Shown here: in pieces, positions 47,756 through 57,045 of the stretch
Layout: every line of letters begins with the position of its first letter
How positions within the stretch are numbered: the stretch's first letter is position 1
DNA from: Candidatus Saccharicenans sp.
GTDB taxonomy: Bacteria; Acidobacteriota; Aminicenantia; Aminicenantales; Saccharicenantaceae
Length of the DNA stretch: 64,000 nucleotides
Direction of reading: 5' to 3'
Assembly (NCBI GenBank): GCA_029907135.1
Contig: JARYMJ010000002.1
Coordinates: 10,897-74,896, forward strand
Made by a program: the position numbers and the translations under genes
The notes under the pieces: generated by a model
The model's database searches: none
What the model was told of the DNA's origin: nothing
What the model saw: the letters and a program-made list of their open reading frames with translations, nothing else

Positions 47756-49024
47756 ATGCTGACCGAGATCGGCCTATTCATTTTATTCCTGGCGTTAAGT
47801 GCTTTTTTCTCCTCTTCCGAAACTGCCTTCTTGTCCGTCAATCCCTATACCCTGGAATACCTGGATAGCAAGGGCTCGACCCGGGCCAGGCTCATCCGGA
47901 AGATGCTGGCCAGGTTGAGCGAACTGCTGTCCACCATCCTGATAGGGAATACCCTGGTGAATGCGGCCGCGGCTTCCCTGGCCACCTCCATCCTGGTCCG
48001 GTTGTCTTCCGACCCCAACCAGGCAGTAATTCTGGCTACTCTGGCCACCACCCTGCTCATCCTGATATTCGGCGAAATAACTCCTAAGACCATCGCCGCC
48101 TACCGCCCGATGCCCGTGGCCTCTTTTTACATTTACCCGGTCCGGATTTTTTACTACCTTTTCTACCCCCTGACCAGGCTTTTTTCCCTCCTGACAAACC
48201 TCTTTCTGCCCCGGGAGGAGCGCCGCCGCCAGCCGCTGGCCCACCACCTGAGCGACGAGGAAATCAAGGTGGTCATCAGCTCCGGCGCTAGGGGCCTGTC
48301 GCGCTTCCGGAAAAAAATGCTGGCCGGGGTGCTGGACCTCAGCCACCGCCCGGTCAAAGAAATCATGATTCCCCGGACCCAGGTCCGGGCCCTGGAAGTC
48401 AACCTGCCGCTGCCCGAGGTCCTGAGGATTATCCAGGAGTGCGGTTTCTCCCGCTATCCGGTTTACCGCAACACCATTGACAATATCCAGGGGCTCGTTC
48501 ACGTCAAGGATATTCTTTCTTTAATGCCATCGCCGGGGGAGTTCCACCTGAGCCGGCTGCTGCGCCGGCCGCTGTTTGTTCCGGAACTGGCCAGCATCGA
48601 AAAAGTCCTGCTGCAGATGCAGGAGGGCGCTGTCCATCTGGCGCTGGTGGTGGATGAATTCGGCAACTTTGAGGGCATCGTCACCCTGGAAGACATCATG
48701 GAAGAAATAATTGGCGACATCCGGGATGAATACGACCGCCAAGCCGAGGACTGGTACCAGCAGGTAGGGGAGAACGAATACCTGATCAAGGGCACCGCCC
48801 CCATTAAAGAAATAAATGAAATTTTGAACCTGGGCATTCCGGAGAAAAGGGATTACACCACCCTGGCCGGACTGTTTCTCTATCACTTCGGCCACCTCCC
48901 GGCCGAGAAAGATTCCATCAGGCTGAAATCGCTGCAGTTCACGGTGGAAAAAATGAGCCGTCGCCACCTGAGCCAGATCCGGGTCAAGGTGCTCCAGAAC
49001 CCGCCGCAGGAGACCGCCAGATGA
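47756..49024 (+). CDS. CNNM/CorC-HlyC family membrane protein (DUF21 plus a CBS pair plus CorC_HlyC).
   Basis: The DUF21 N-terminus (FLALSAFFSSSETAF), tandem CBS domains, and a C-terminal transporter-associated domain. Confidence 0.85.
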   Translation: MLTEIGLFILFLALSAFFSSSETAFLSVNPYTLEYLDSKGSTRARLIRKMLARLSELLSTILIGNTLVNAAAASLATSILVRLSSDPNQAVILATLATTLLILIFGEITPKTIAAYRPMPVASFYIYPVRIFYYLFYPLTRLFSLLTNLFLPREERRRQPLAHHLSDEEIKVVISSGARGLSRFRKKMLAGVLDLSHRPVKEIMIPRTQVRALEVNLPLPEVLRIIQECGFSRYPVYRNTIDNIQGLVHVKDILSLMPSPGEFHLSRLLRRPLFVPELASIEKVLLQMQEGAVHLALVVDEFGNFEGIVTLEDIMEEIIGDIRDEYDRQAEDWYQQVGENEYLIKGTAPIKEINEILNLGIPEKRDYTTLAGLFLYHFGHLPAEKDSIRLKSLQFTVEKMSRRHLSQIRVKVLQNPPQETAR

Positions 49025-49473
49025 AGGTCGTGGCCAGCAACAAGAATGCCTACCACAATTATGAAATTCTGGAAACCATGGAAGCCGGCCTGGCTTTGAC
49101 CGGGAGCGAGGTTAAATCGATCCGGGAAGGCCGGGTCAGCCTGAAGGAAAGTTATGCCGACTTCCAGGGTGATGAACTATTCCTGATAGATTGCAACATC
49201 AGTCCCTACCATGCGGCCAACATCTTCAACCACGAACCGACCAGGCCGAGAAAGCTCCTGCTGCACCGGCGGGAGTTGAAACGGCTGGCCGGCAAGGTCC
49301 AGGAACGGGGGCTAACCCTGGTCCCGACCAAGGTCTACCTGAATGACCGGGGATTGGTCAAGGTGGAGCTGGCCCTGGCCCGCGGCAAAAAGACCTACGA
49401 AAAAAGAGAAACCATCAAGAAACGGGATGTGGAGAGAGAAATTCGGGCCGAGATGAAAAAGCGTCTGCGTTGA
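49021..49473 (+). CDS. smpB: SsrA-binding protein SmpB.
   Basis: SmpB sequence is conserved end to end (NKNAYHNYEILE ... GLVKVELALARGKK). 4-nt overlap with the upstream gene. Confidence 0.93.
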   Translation: MKVVASNKNAYHNYEILETMEAGLALTGSEVKSIREGRVSLKESYADFQGDELFLIDCNISPYHAANIFNHEPTRPRKLLLHRRELKRLAGKVQERGLTLVPTKVYLNDRGLVKVELALARGKKTYEKRETIKKRDVEREIRAEMKKRLR

Positions 49474-50445
49474 CTAGCCACCGCTCCGGCTGGCCAGTTG
49501 CCAGGCCAGACGCAGAGCTTGGCCGAAACTATCCGGACTGGCCAGATTTTTTCCGGCCAGGTCAAAGGCCGTGCCGTGGTCGGGAGAAGTCCTGATAAAG
49601 GGCAGACCCAGAGTTAAGTTGACCCCGCACTCGAACGCCACCAGCTTGAAGGCTATGAGCCCCTGGTCGTGGAACAGGGCCACGACCATCCGCTCCGGTT
49701 TATCCAGGGCCTTTAAGAAAACGGTGTCGGCTGGAAAAGGGCCTTCGATTTTTATACCCTCAGCCCGGGCGGCAGAAACCGCCGGAACAATCTCTGAGAT
49801 TTCTTCCTGGCCCAGAGTCCCATCTTCTCCGGCGTGGGGGTTCAGCCCGCAGAGAAGCATGTTTTCCACTCCCAGGTCCCATCGCTCCAGTTGCTGTTGC
49901 AGCCGGCGGAAGAAGGCCAGCAGGTTTTCCTGGTTAAGGCGGGTTAACATCTCCTTGAGCGGCAGGTGGTGAGTAAAAAGGGCCAGCTTCAGCCGTCGGG
50001 ACCAGAAACTCATGATGGCTTCCGGGCACAGAGATTCCAGGTAGTCGGTGTGCCCGCGGAACGGGAGTCCCGCCTGCTGCCAGCCAGCCTTGGAAACCGG
50101 GCCGGTGACCACCGCCTGCAGTTGGCCCCGGCTGGCCGCCTCCACCGCCTGTCTGAAAAATTCAAAAGAGGCCAGAGCGCCGGCCGCCGTTGGCGAGCCG
50201 GGTTCCAATTTATCCAGGGGTTGACCGGCTTCCCTGATTTCTATCTTCCCTGAGGCCAGGGCCGCTGGTAGCAGGTCGGCCGGCAGTCCGAGGCGCTGGC
50301 GCCAGCCTTCCAGGATTTCTTTTTGCCCGAAAATGAGGTACCTGGCTTCGGGCAGCGAGCCCGGGTCTTTCAAGAAATGAAGGATTATCTCGGGGCCGAT
50401 CCCGGCCGGGTCACCGAGGGTCAGACCTATTACCGGCACACTCAT
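49474..50445 (-). CDS. pdxA: 4-hydroxythreonine-4-phosphate dehydrogenase PdxA.
   Basis: PdxA N-terminal motif (IGLTLGDPAGIGPEII) and metal-binding His residues. Confidence 0.9.
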   Translation of the reverse strand: MSVPVIGLTLGDPAGIGPEIILHFLKDPGSLPEARYLIFGQKEILEGWRQRLGLPADLLPAALASGKIEIREAGQPLDKLEPGSPTAAGALASFEFFRQAVEAASRGQLQAVVTGPVSKAGWQQAGLPFRGHTDYLESLCPEAIMSFWSRRLKLALFTHHLPLKEMLTRLNQENLLAFFRRLQQQLERWDLGVENMLLCGLNPHAGEDGTLGQEEISEIVPAVSAARAEGIKIEGPFPADTVFLKALDKPERMVVALFHDQGLIAFKLVAFECGVNLTLGLPFIRTSPDHGTAFDLAGKNLASPDSFGQALRLAWQLASRSGG

Positions 50446-50813
50446 TTAGTCTTTCGGGACGGGGCTTCACCTTCCGCTTCTTCCTGTTTCCCTTCCTGCT
50501 CCAGCTTGAACATGTATTTAACCTGGCGCTTGTAAATCAGCAGGTTGGGAGCATCCTCGCGGTTTAGTTTGAAACAGTTTCGGTCATACCATTCGATATA
50601 ACCTTCCACCCGCTCACCGTCAGCCAGGATCACGGCCATCGGGGTTTTCTTGTTCATCTGTTTCAGGAAGTAATAATTCTCGGCATGAGTGTCGGTCGGA
50701 GGAGGCATCTTTTTCCGAGCCGCTTCTTTTTCCTTGGCTTCCCGGGTCATCTTTTCTTTAACTTCAGATAGGTCGGGCCGGATTAATTTTCTTTGCATCG
50801 GCACCCTCGCCAA
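50442..50813 (-). CDS. Divergent Hfq-like (Sm-fold) protein with an N-terminal K/E-rich extension and an acidic C-terminal tail.
   Basis: Sm1-like (VILADGERVEGYIEWYDRNCFKL versus Hfq [25 protein letters not shown]). Sm2-like (LLIYKRQVKYM versus MVYKHAISTV). 4-nt overlap with the pdxA start. Confidence 0.45.
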   Translation of the reverse strand: MARVPMQRKLIRPDLSEVKEKMTREAKEKEAARKKMPPPTDTHAENYYFLKQMNKKTPMAVILADGERVEGYIEWYDRNCFKLNREDAPNLLIYKRQVKYMFKLEQEGKQEEAEGEAPSRKTK

Positions 50814-50948
50814 ATGAGAAGAAAATCTTTTAGTTCATCTTAACATCCGCCGGAAAAAATTGCAACCATTAAATTAGAGGCGGTAGCGATGGCTGGGGGG
50901 TCTCCTCCTATGCAGGACAAACTGTCCCGGGCTGAAAGAATAAACGAC

Positions 50949-50978
50949 TTGACATTTATCTCCCCAAATCCATAGAAT
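50949..50978 (+). promoter_or_regulatory. Sigma70-like promoter (TTGACA-17/18 nt-ATAGAAT) upstream of the His-rich ORF and the czc-type operon.
   Basis: A perfect -35 lies at 50949-50954. The -10 is TAGAAT at 50973-50978. Confidence 0.45.
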
Positions 50979-50986
50979 TCAATCTT

Positions 50987-51253
50987 ATGAAGATGCACCG
51001 CAGCCAGCTCTCATTCCTTTTCTTCTGGCTGCTCTTCTTTATCAGCCTGGGCAATATCATCGCCCACGATTTTCTGTGCCATGAGGAGCTGCACCAGCTG
51101 ACCAGCCCGGTCCACCATTCTTTCCATCATCCGCGCTGGGAAGCGCAGGACCTGCCGCTGCCTTACCCGGGAGGACCGGAAAAAATATATGCTCAAACCG
51201 ACGAGCTTCATCCCTCCGATTTTGTCCCTTCCATCTTCCATCCGCCTGATTAA
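50987..51253 (+). CDS. Small His-rich exported protein (88 aa, 10 His). It is a candidate periplasmic metal-binding or regulatory component of the adjacent RND system.
   Basis: An N-terminal hydrophobic signal-like segment, then a His-rich mature region (AHDFLCHEELHQLTSPVHHSFHHPRW). It lies directly after a good promoter and 43 nt before the OMF gene. Confidence 0.4.
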   Translation: MKMHRSQLSFLFFWLLFFISLGNIIAHDFLCHEELHQLTSPVHHSFHHPRWEAQDLPLPYPGGPEKIYAQTDELHPSDFVPSIFHPPD

Positions 51254-51296
51254 ATTTTTTCTACCAGCCCCCTGATCTTTTATTCCGGAGGTAGAA

Positions 51297-52523
51297 ATGT
51301 CATTTATTATCATCCTCTGTTTCATGCTGTCCTCCTGGCCTCAGGAACAGCCGGCACCGCCCCTAACCCTGACCCTGGAACAGGCCGTGGAGCTGGCCAG
51401 CCAGCAGAATCCGTCTCTCCTGGCCCTGGCCAGGGAAATCGAGGCGGCCAGGGGGCAAACCCTGGTCAATTCGGCCCTGCCCGAGGCCGAGGTCGGCCTG
51501 GAACTGGCCGGGCTGGATTTCCCCGGAGCCAGGCAGGTGGAGCAGGAGACAACTTTGGGGGTGGTCCAGACCATTCCCTTCCCGGGCAAATTGAGACTGC
51601 GGGCCCAGGCCGGTCGGCTGGTTGAAGCCGAGGCCCGGCTGCGGTGGCAAAAGGCCCGGTTGTTGTTGGCGGCCGAGGTCAGGAAAGTTTATTTTCGATG
51701 CCTGTTCCACCAGAAAACTGTGGAAATCCTGTTAAAAAATCTGGACCTCCTGGAAGAAATCCAGAAAAATGCCATGACTCGCTACGCTCTGGCCGCCGTG
51801 CCTTATTCCGACATCCTGCGGGTCAGGCTGGAAATAGCCAGAACCAGAAACGACCTGCTGGCCGCCCGCAATGACCTGAAGGTAGGCTGGCAAGAGTTGG
51901 CCCTGTTGCTTGGGTTGAAAGGGGAGCATCCGCTGGTCTTAACCTCCTCGCTGGAACAGCCACCGGTTGACTGGAAACTGGAGGAATGGCTGGCCAGGAA
52001 AAAGGAGCTCAGCCCCAGCCTGCAACTGGCCCGCCTGCGCCAGGAACAGGCAGAGGTTTTTGGCCAGATTGTCTTGAAGAACCGCTGGCCCGATTTCTCC
52101 CTCGGCTTTTTCTCCCCCAGCAAGAAACTCGGCGCTACTGGCCTGAGCTTCGGTCTGAGCTATCCGCTCTTTTCCCGCAAAAGGCTGGCCGGAGAAAAAA
52201 TCCTGGCCGAAGCAGAAAAGCAGAAAGCCCTTTTCGCCAGCCAGGCCGCTGAAAGATTCTACGAGAGCCGGTCCAGGCAGGCCGCTGGCTCACTGGTCCA
52301 GAGCCTGGAACAGGTCAGGATTTTTGAAGAGAGTCTGCTTGGCGAAACAGAAGCCGTCCTGGAAAAAGCCCTCAGCGATTACCGCCTGAGTCGGCTTGAT
52401 TCCTTGAACCTGATGGACCTCTACCGCCAGTCCAGCCTGGTTCGCCTGGAATACTACCGGGCTCTTTATCTTTATCAGACCGCTCTGGCCGACCTGGAAA
52501 TCGCCGGAGAGGATTACGAATGA
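51297..52523 (+). CDS. Outer membrane efflux protein (TolC-like, CzcC/CusC family).
   Basis: Two OEP repeats. It is the first structural gene of the OMF-MFP-RND order. Confidence 0.8.
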   Translation: MSFIIILCFMLSSWPQEQPAPPLTLTLEQAVELASQQNPSLLALAREIEAARGQTLVNSALPEAEVGLELAGLDFPGARQVEQETTLGVVQTIPFPGKLRLRAQAGRLVEAEARLRWQKARLLLAAEVRKVYFRCLFHQKTVEILLKNLDLLEEIQKNAMTRYALAAVPYSDILRVRLEIARTRNDLLAARNDLKVGWQELALLLGLKGEHPLVLTSSLEQPPVDWKLEEWLARKKELSPSLQLARLRQEQAEVFGQIVLKNRWPDFSLGFFSPSKKLGATGLSFGLSYPLFSRKRLAGEKILAEAEKQKALFASQAAERFYESRSRQAAGSLVQSLEQVRIFEESLLGETEAVLEKALSDYRLSRLDSLNLMDLYRQSSLVRLEYYRALYLYQTALADLEIAGEDYE

Positions 52524-52556
52524 AAAACACAAACCCGCAACCAACGGAGAAAAACC

Positions 52557-53699
52557 ATGCCTTGCCTGCAACTTAAATTCAAACCAGCTGCCGCCCTCTT
52601 GATGCTGGCAGCTTTAATTTTATTTAATTACTGTGGCCAGACCAACTCCAGCCCCGATAAGGCCGGCCCGGGGGAGAAGGAAGAACACACCTCAGAGCAG
52701 GTCAGCTTAAGCCCGGAAGCTATGACCATGGCCGGGATTAAAATAATGACTCTGGCTCCTCAGCCCCTCCAGCCCGAGCTCCTGGTCCCGGCTGAAGTGG
52801 TCCTCAATCCCAGGGCCTATTACCGGCTGACGGCCCGGGTGCCCGGAAGAGTGGAAGAATTGCTGGTTTACCAGGGCGACCGGGTCCGACCGGGACAGGT
52901 GGTGGCCAGGCTATTCAGCCTGCCCTTTCTTGAAAGCCTGACCGAGCTCCGCCTGGCAGCCGAGCGGTTGGAAAAATTGACCCGGCTGCAGTCGCCCCAA
53001 CAGGAAGCGGCCCGGGCCATGCTGGATTCAGCCCGGGGCAAATTGCGCCTCCTGGGCCTGGCTAATAAGGAAATCGATGCTCTCCAGAGCCGACCGTCGG
53101 ACAGCAGTCTGTATGAAATTCTGAGCCCGGCTGCCGGTCAGGTGGTGGCCACTTCAGTCTATCCTGGAGATACCCTGGAAGCGGGAGCGGTGCTGATGGA
53201 AATAGCCTCTTTCGACCGGGTCTGGATTGAGGGCCGGGTCCAGGAAAAAGACCAGGCCCTGGTCAGTGTCGGCCAGCAAGCCACCGCCCGCAGCGGTGCT
53301 TATCCCGCTGAAGAATTTACCGGGCGGGTAACATTTATTTCTCCCGTTCTGGACACCGCCACCAGGACGCTCAAGGTGAGAGTGGAGGCCGCCAATCCGG
53401 TCGGGCGGTTGAAGCCGGGGATGTATGTCGACCTGGCTCTCTCCCTCCCGGCAAGGACCATCCTGGCCGTCCCGGAAGAAGCGGTGGTCGAGATTAACGG
53501 GCGGAAAACTGTCTTCATCCAGCAGGCTCCGGGTATTTTTGTCAGCCGCGAAATCAAGACCGGTCCTCCGGTTAAAGGTTGGCTGCCGGTCATTTCCGGG
53601 CTGGACAGCGGCCAGGAATTTGTAGCCGCCGGAGCTTTCATGCTAAAAGCCGAGCTTCTCAAGCACACCCTGGGCGAGGGAGAGCATCACCATGATTGA
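52557..53699 (+). CDS. Efflux RND periplasmic adaptor (CzcB/CusB family membrane fusion protein). It ends in a short His-rich tail (GEGEHHHD).
   Basis: MFP beta-barrel/lipoyl motifs. 8-nt overlap with the RND gene. Confidence 0.8.
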   Translation: MPCLQLKFKPAAALLMLAALILFNYCGQTNSSPDKAGPGEKEEHTSEQVSLSPEAMTMAGIKIMTLAPQPLQPELLVPAEVVLNPRAYYRLTARVPGRVEELLVYQGDRVRPGQVVARLFSLPFLESLTELRLAAERLEKLTRLQSPQQEAARAMLDSARGKLRLLGLANKEIDALQSRPSDSSLYEILSPAAGQVVATSVYPGDTLEAGAVLMEIASFDRVWIEGRVQEKDQALVSVGQQATARSGAYPAEEFTGRVTFISPVLDTATRTLKVRVEAANPVGRLKPGMYVDLALSLPARTILAVPEEAVVEINGRKTVFIQQAPGIFVSREIKTGPPVKGWLPVISGLDSGQEFVAAGAFMLKAELLKHTLGEGEHHHD

Positions 53700-56600
53700 C
53701 CGCATTATCCGTTTCTCTCTGCGGGAGAGATTGTTCGTCGGAATACTTATCCTGGTGATAATAGGCGCCGGCCTTTTTTCTTTTATCAAGCTGCCGATCG
53801 ACGCCTTTCCCGACGTGACCAGCACCCAGGTGGAAATTCTATCCTACGCCCCGGGCTATTCGCCCTTCGAAGTGGAAAAGTTCGTCACCTTTCCCCTGGA
53901 AATCAGCCTGCGCGGTCTGCCGGGCCTGACCCAGCTACGCTCGGTGTCGCGTTCCGGGTTATCGGTCATCACGGTTGTCTTCGAGGATAAAACCGATATC
54001 TATTTTGCCCGGCAACAGGTTTTCGAGCGGCTATCGGAAGCCCGGGACCGACTGCCGGCCGGGGTGGAAACCAGCCTCGGCCCGATCGCCACCGCCATGG
54101 GTGAAATCTATCAATACACAATTGAGGGTAATGAGCCCGGACCGGGACAAGATTGGACCGCCTACCTGACCGAGTTGCGCACCCTCCAGGACTGGGTGAT
54201 AAGCCCGGTCTTAAAAAGCATACCTGGAGTGATTGACGTCAACTCTTTCGGGGGCTTCATCAAGCAATACCTGATCAGGGTCGCCCCCGAGCGGCTGCTG
54301 AATTATGACCTGACCCTGGCCCAGGTAGTGTCCGCCGTTGAAAAGAGCAACCTTAACGTGGGCGGCAACGTGGTGGATAAAGGCCAGCAACAATATATTG
54401 TCAGAGGCACCGGTTTGTTTAACAGCCTGGACGATATTAAAAACACGGTCATCAAAGCCGAGCAGGGTGTGCCCGTTCTCCTCCAGGACGTAGCCACGGT
54501 GGAAGAGGGGTTTGCCGTCCGGCAGGGCGCCGCCATCATCAACGGCCAGAAGGAAGCCGTCGGCGGTATAGTCCTGATGCTCAAGGGAGAAAACAGCCGG
54601 CAGGTTACCCGACGGGTTGAGCAGAAGGTGGCCGAAATTAACTCCATCGGATTGCTCCCGGCCGGACTCAAGATTGTGCCTTTTTATAAGAGAACAGACA
54701 TTGTGGAAAAAAGCGTCAGGACGATCGAAGAAGCCCTGCTGCTTGGGGCCCTGCTCGTGATCTTTATCGTCTTCGTCTTCCTGCGCAGCTTCCGCGGCTC
54801 GCTGGTGGTCATCCTGTCCCTGCCCCTGGCCGTCCTGCTGACTTTCGTCGTCATGAAACAGACTGGCCTGACGGCCAACCTGATGTCTCTCGGCGGCCTG
54901 GCCATTTCCATCGGCATGATCATCGATGCGGCCATCATCCAGGTAGAAAACATTCAACGTCACCTGGCCGAAACTCGGACCAAGGACCTGCCCACCTTTC
55001 TTCGGGCGGTGCTGGAGGTGCGGAAACCGAGCATTTTCGGGGAGATGATCATCGCCCTGACTTTCATCCCGCTTCTCAGTCTCCAGGGCATCGAGGGCAA
55101 GATGTTTTCTCCGCTGGCTATAACCCTGTCGATTGCCATCATCTGTTCCCTGCTCATTTCGCTGTTCATAATTCCCGGCCTGGCCTACCTCATCCTGAAA
55201 GTCCCGCCGGCCCGGCCCGACCGCTTGCTCGACACTCTCAACCGCCTCTATGCCAGTTGCCTGCGCTGGTCGCTCCGGCGGAGCTGGCTGGTGGTCGGCC
55301 TGATGGTAGGGCTGATCATCTCCAGCCTTTTGCTTGTCCCCTCCCTTGGACGGGAGTTCATCCCGGTCATGGATGAAGGAGCCTTTGACATGGATATCCA
55401 GATGCTTCCGGGCATCTCCCTGAAACAAGCCCTGGACATCACTCTGGAGGTGGAAAAAAGGCTGAAACAATTCCCGGAGCTGGAAACCATCGTCTCGCGT
55501 ACCGGGCAGACCGGCCTGGCCCTGGAGGCCAGGGGCGTGGAGAAAACTGGTTTTGTCGGTTCACTCAAACCACGAGAGCAGTGGACCTCGGCCCGGAGTC
55601 GGGAAGAGCTGACCGAAAAAATGCGGCAGGCCATCGAAGACATACCGGGAATTTCCTTTTCTTTCAGCCAGCCGATTGCCTGCCGGATTGACGAACTGGT
55701 GGCCGGCACCAGGGCCCAGCTGATCATCAAGCTGTTCGGCGAAGACCTTGACCTCCTGAGGTCCAAGGCCGCGGAGCTGGCCGCCGTGATCCAGGAAATA
55801 AGGGGAACGGCCGACCTGGTGGTGGAAGCCACTGCGGGCCAGCCTTATATGATCATCGACCTCGACCGGCAGGCCCTGAAACGTCATGGCCTGCAGGCAG
55901 CCGAGGTGCTGTCGCTGGTGGAGACAGCCTCGGCCGGGAAGTATGTTACCAGGATGTACGAAGGAGAAAAAGCCTTTGAGGTGGTCATAAAATACCCTGA
56001 AGACTGGCGCAATTCAGTTGAAAAGATAGGGTCCTTGCTGGTGGACACTCCCGGCGGTTACCGCCTTCCGCTGGGCCAGCTGGCCCGGATTCAGGAGGTG
56101 GAAGGACCCGCCCAGATCAGCCGGGAAGCCGGTTTCCGGCGGATCGGCCTTGAGGTAAATATCAGCGGGCGAGACCTGGGCAGCTTTGTGGCCGAAGCCC
56201 GGGAAAAAATCAGACAGCGGGTCAGCCTGCCCCCAGGATACCGGCTGGAGTGGGGCGGCCAGTTTGAAAACCAGCAGCGGGCGATGCGTCGCCTGGCCAT
56301 CATTGTGCCCCTGACCCTGGCCCTGATTTTCTTCCTCCTGTTTTCTACTTTCGACTCCTTCAAGCTGGCCCTGCTGGTGCTGTTGACTCTGCCCTTTGCC
56401 CTGATAGGTGGCATTTTTTCACTCTGGCTGTCCGGCCTATACCTGTCCGTCCCAGCCTCGGTTGGGTTTATCGCTCTGCTCGGAATAGCCGTCTTGAATG
56501 GAGTGGTCATGGTCAGCTATTTTCAACAGCTGACCGCCAATCAGTGTTTTCCTTTTGACGAAGCCATCATCCAGGCTGCCAGCAAAAGATTGCGGCCGGT

Positions 56601-56799
56601 GCTGATGACTGCCCTGACCACGCTGCTCGGACTGCTGCCGCTCCTTTTTGCCCGCGGTCCAGGTTCGGAAGTGCAGCGGCCGCTGGCCACGGTGGTGGTG
56701 GGAGGATTACTGACCTCGACCGTTTTAACCCTGCTGTTGTTACCGGTTCTTTTCCGCTGGACCTGCGGGATTAAAGAAAACAACCGGGAGCTGAACTGA
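53692..56799 (+). CDS. CusA/CzcA-family heavy-metal efflux RND pump.
   Basis: The N-terminus aligns to CusA/CzcA (MIDRIIRFSLRERLFVGILILVI ... IDAFPDVTSTQVEIL). 12 TM. 1035 aa. Confidence 0.92.
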   Translation: MIDRIIRFSLRERLFVGILILVIIGAGLFSFIKLPIDAFPDVTSTQVEILSYAPGYSPFEVEKFVTFPLEISLRGLPGLTQLRSVSRSGLSVITVVFEDKTDIYFARQQVFERLSEARDRLPAGVETSLGPIATAMGEIYQYTIEGNEPGPGQDWTAYLTELRTLQDWVISPVLKSIPGVIDVNSFGGFIKQYLIRVAPERLLNYDLTLAQVVSAVEKSNLNVGGNVVDKGQQQYIVRGTGLFNSLDDIKNTVIKAEQGVPVLLQDVATVEEGFAVRQGAAIINGQKEAVGGIVLMLKGENSRQVTRRVEQKVAEINSIGLLPAGLKIVPFYKRTDIVEKSVRTIEEALLLGALLVIFIVFVFLRSFRGSLVVILSLPLAVLLTFVVMKQTGLTANLMSLGGLAISIGMIIDAAIIQVENIQRHLAETRTKDLPTFLRAVLEVRKPSIFGEMIIALTFIPLLSLQGIEGKMFSPLAITLSIAIICSLLISLFIIPGLAYLILKVPPARPDRLLDTLNRLYASCLRWSLRRSWLVVGLMVGLIISSLLLVPSLGREFIPVMDEGAFDMDIQMLPGISLKQALDITLEVEKRLKQFPELETIVSRTGQTGLALEARGVEKTGFVGSLKPREQWTSARSREELTEKMRQAIEDIPGISFSFSQPIACRIDELVAGTRAQLIIKLFGEDLDLLRSKAAELAAVIQEIRGTADLVVEATAGQPYMIIDLDRQALKRHGLQAAEVLSLVETASAGKYVTRMYEGEKAFEVVIKYPEDWRNSVEKIGSLLVDTPGGYRLPLGQLARIQEVEGPAQISREAGFRRIGLEVNISGRDLGSFVAEAREKIRQRVSLPPGYRLEWGGQFENQQRAMRRLAIIVPLTLALIFFLLFSTFDSFKLALLVLLTLPFALIGGIFSLWLSGLYLSVPASVGFIALLGIAVLNGVVMVSYFQQLTANQCFPFDEAIIQAASKRLRPVLMTALTTLLGLLPLLFARGPGSEVQRPLATVVVGGLLTSTVLTLLLLPVLFRWTCGIKENNRELN

Positions 56800-57000
56800 T
56801 CCCTATTTATCGCGGGCTTGTTTTCGGCAGCGACAGGAGATTTCTGTTTCGCCGGAAATAGATGGACAGTTAATAACAGAGCCGGTCGAGAGAACGGAAA
56901 TCTTTCCGAGCTGCGGCCAGTTGACTTCAACCGCTGTACCCGAAAGACCGAGAGAACACTGCGGCCAACAAAGCCGGTCAGACTCCGCCCGTCTCAAATT

Positions 57001-57045
57001 AATAAAATAAAAAAAGGTGGCCGGGGAGACCTCAGACTCTCCACC
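57001..57045 (-). terminator. Strong intrinsic terminator at the end of the minus-strand macAB-tolC-729aa operon. It overlaps the last codons of the 57032 gene.
   Basis: Minus-strand reading gives GGTGGAGAgtctgaggTCTCCccggCCACC followed by TTTTTTTTATTTTATT. Confidence 0.6.
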
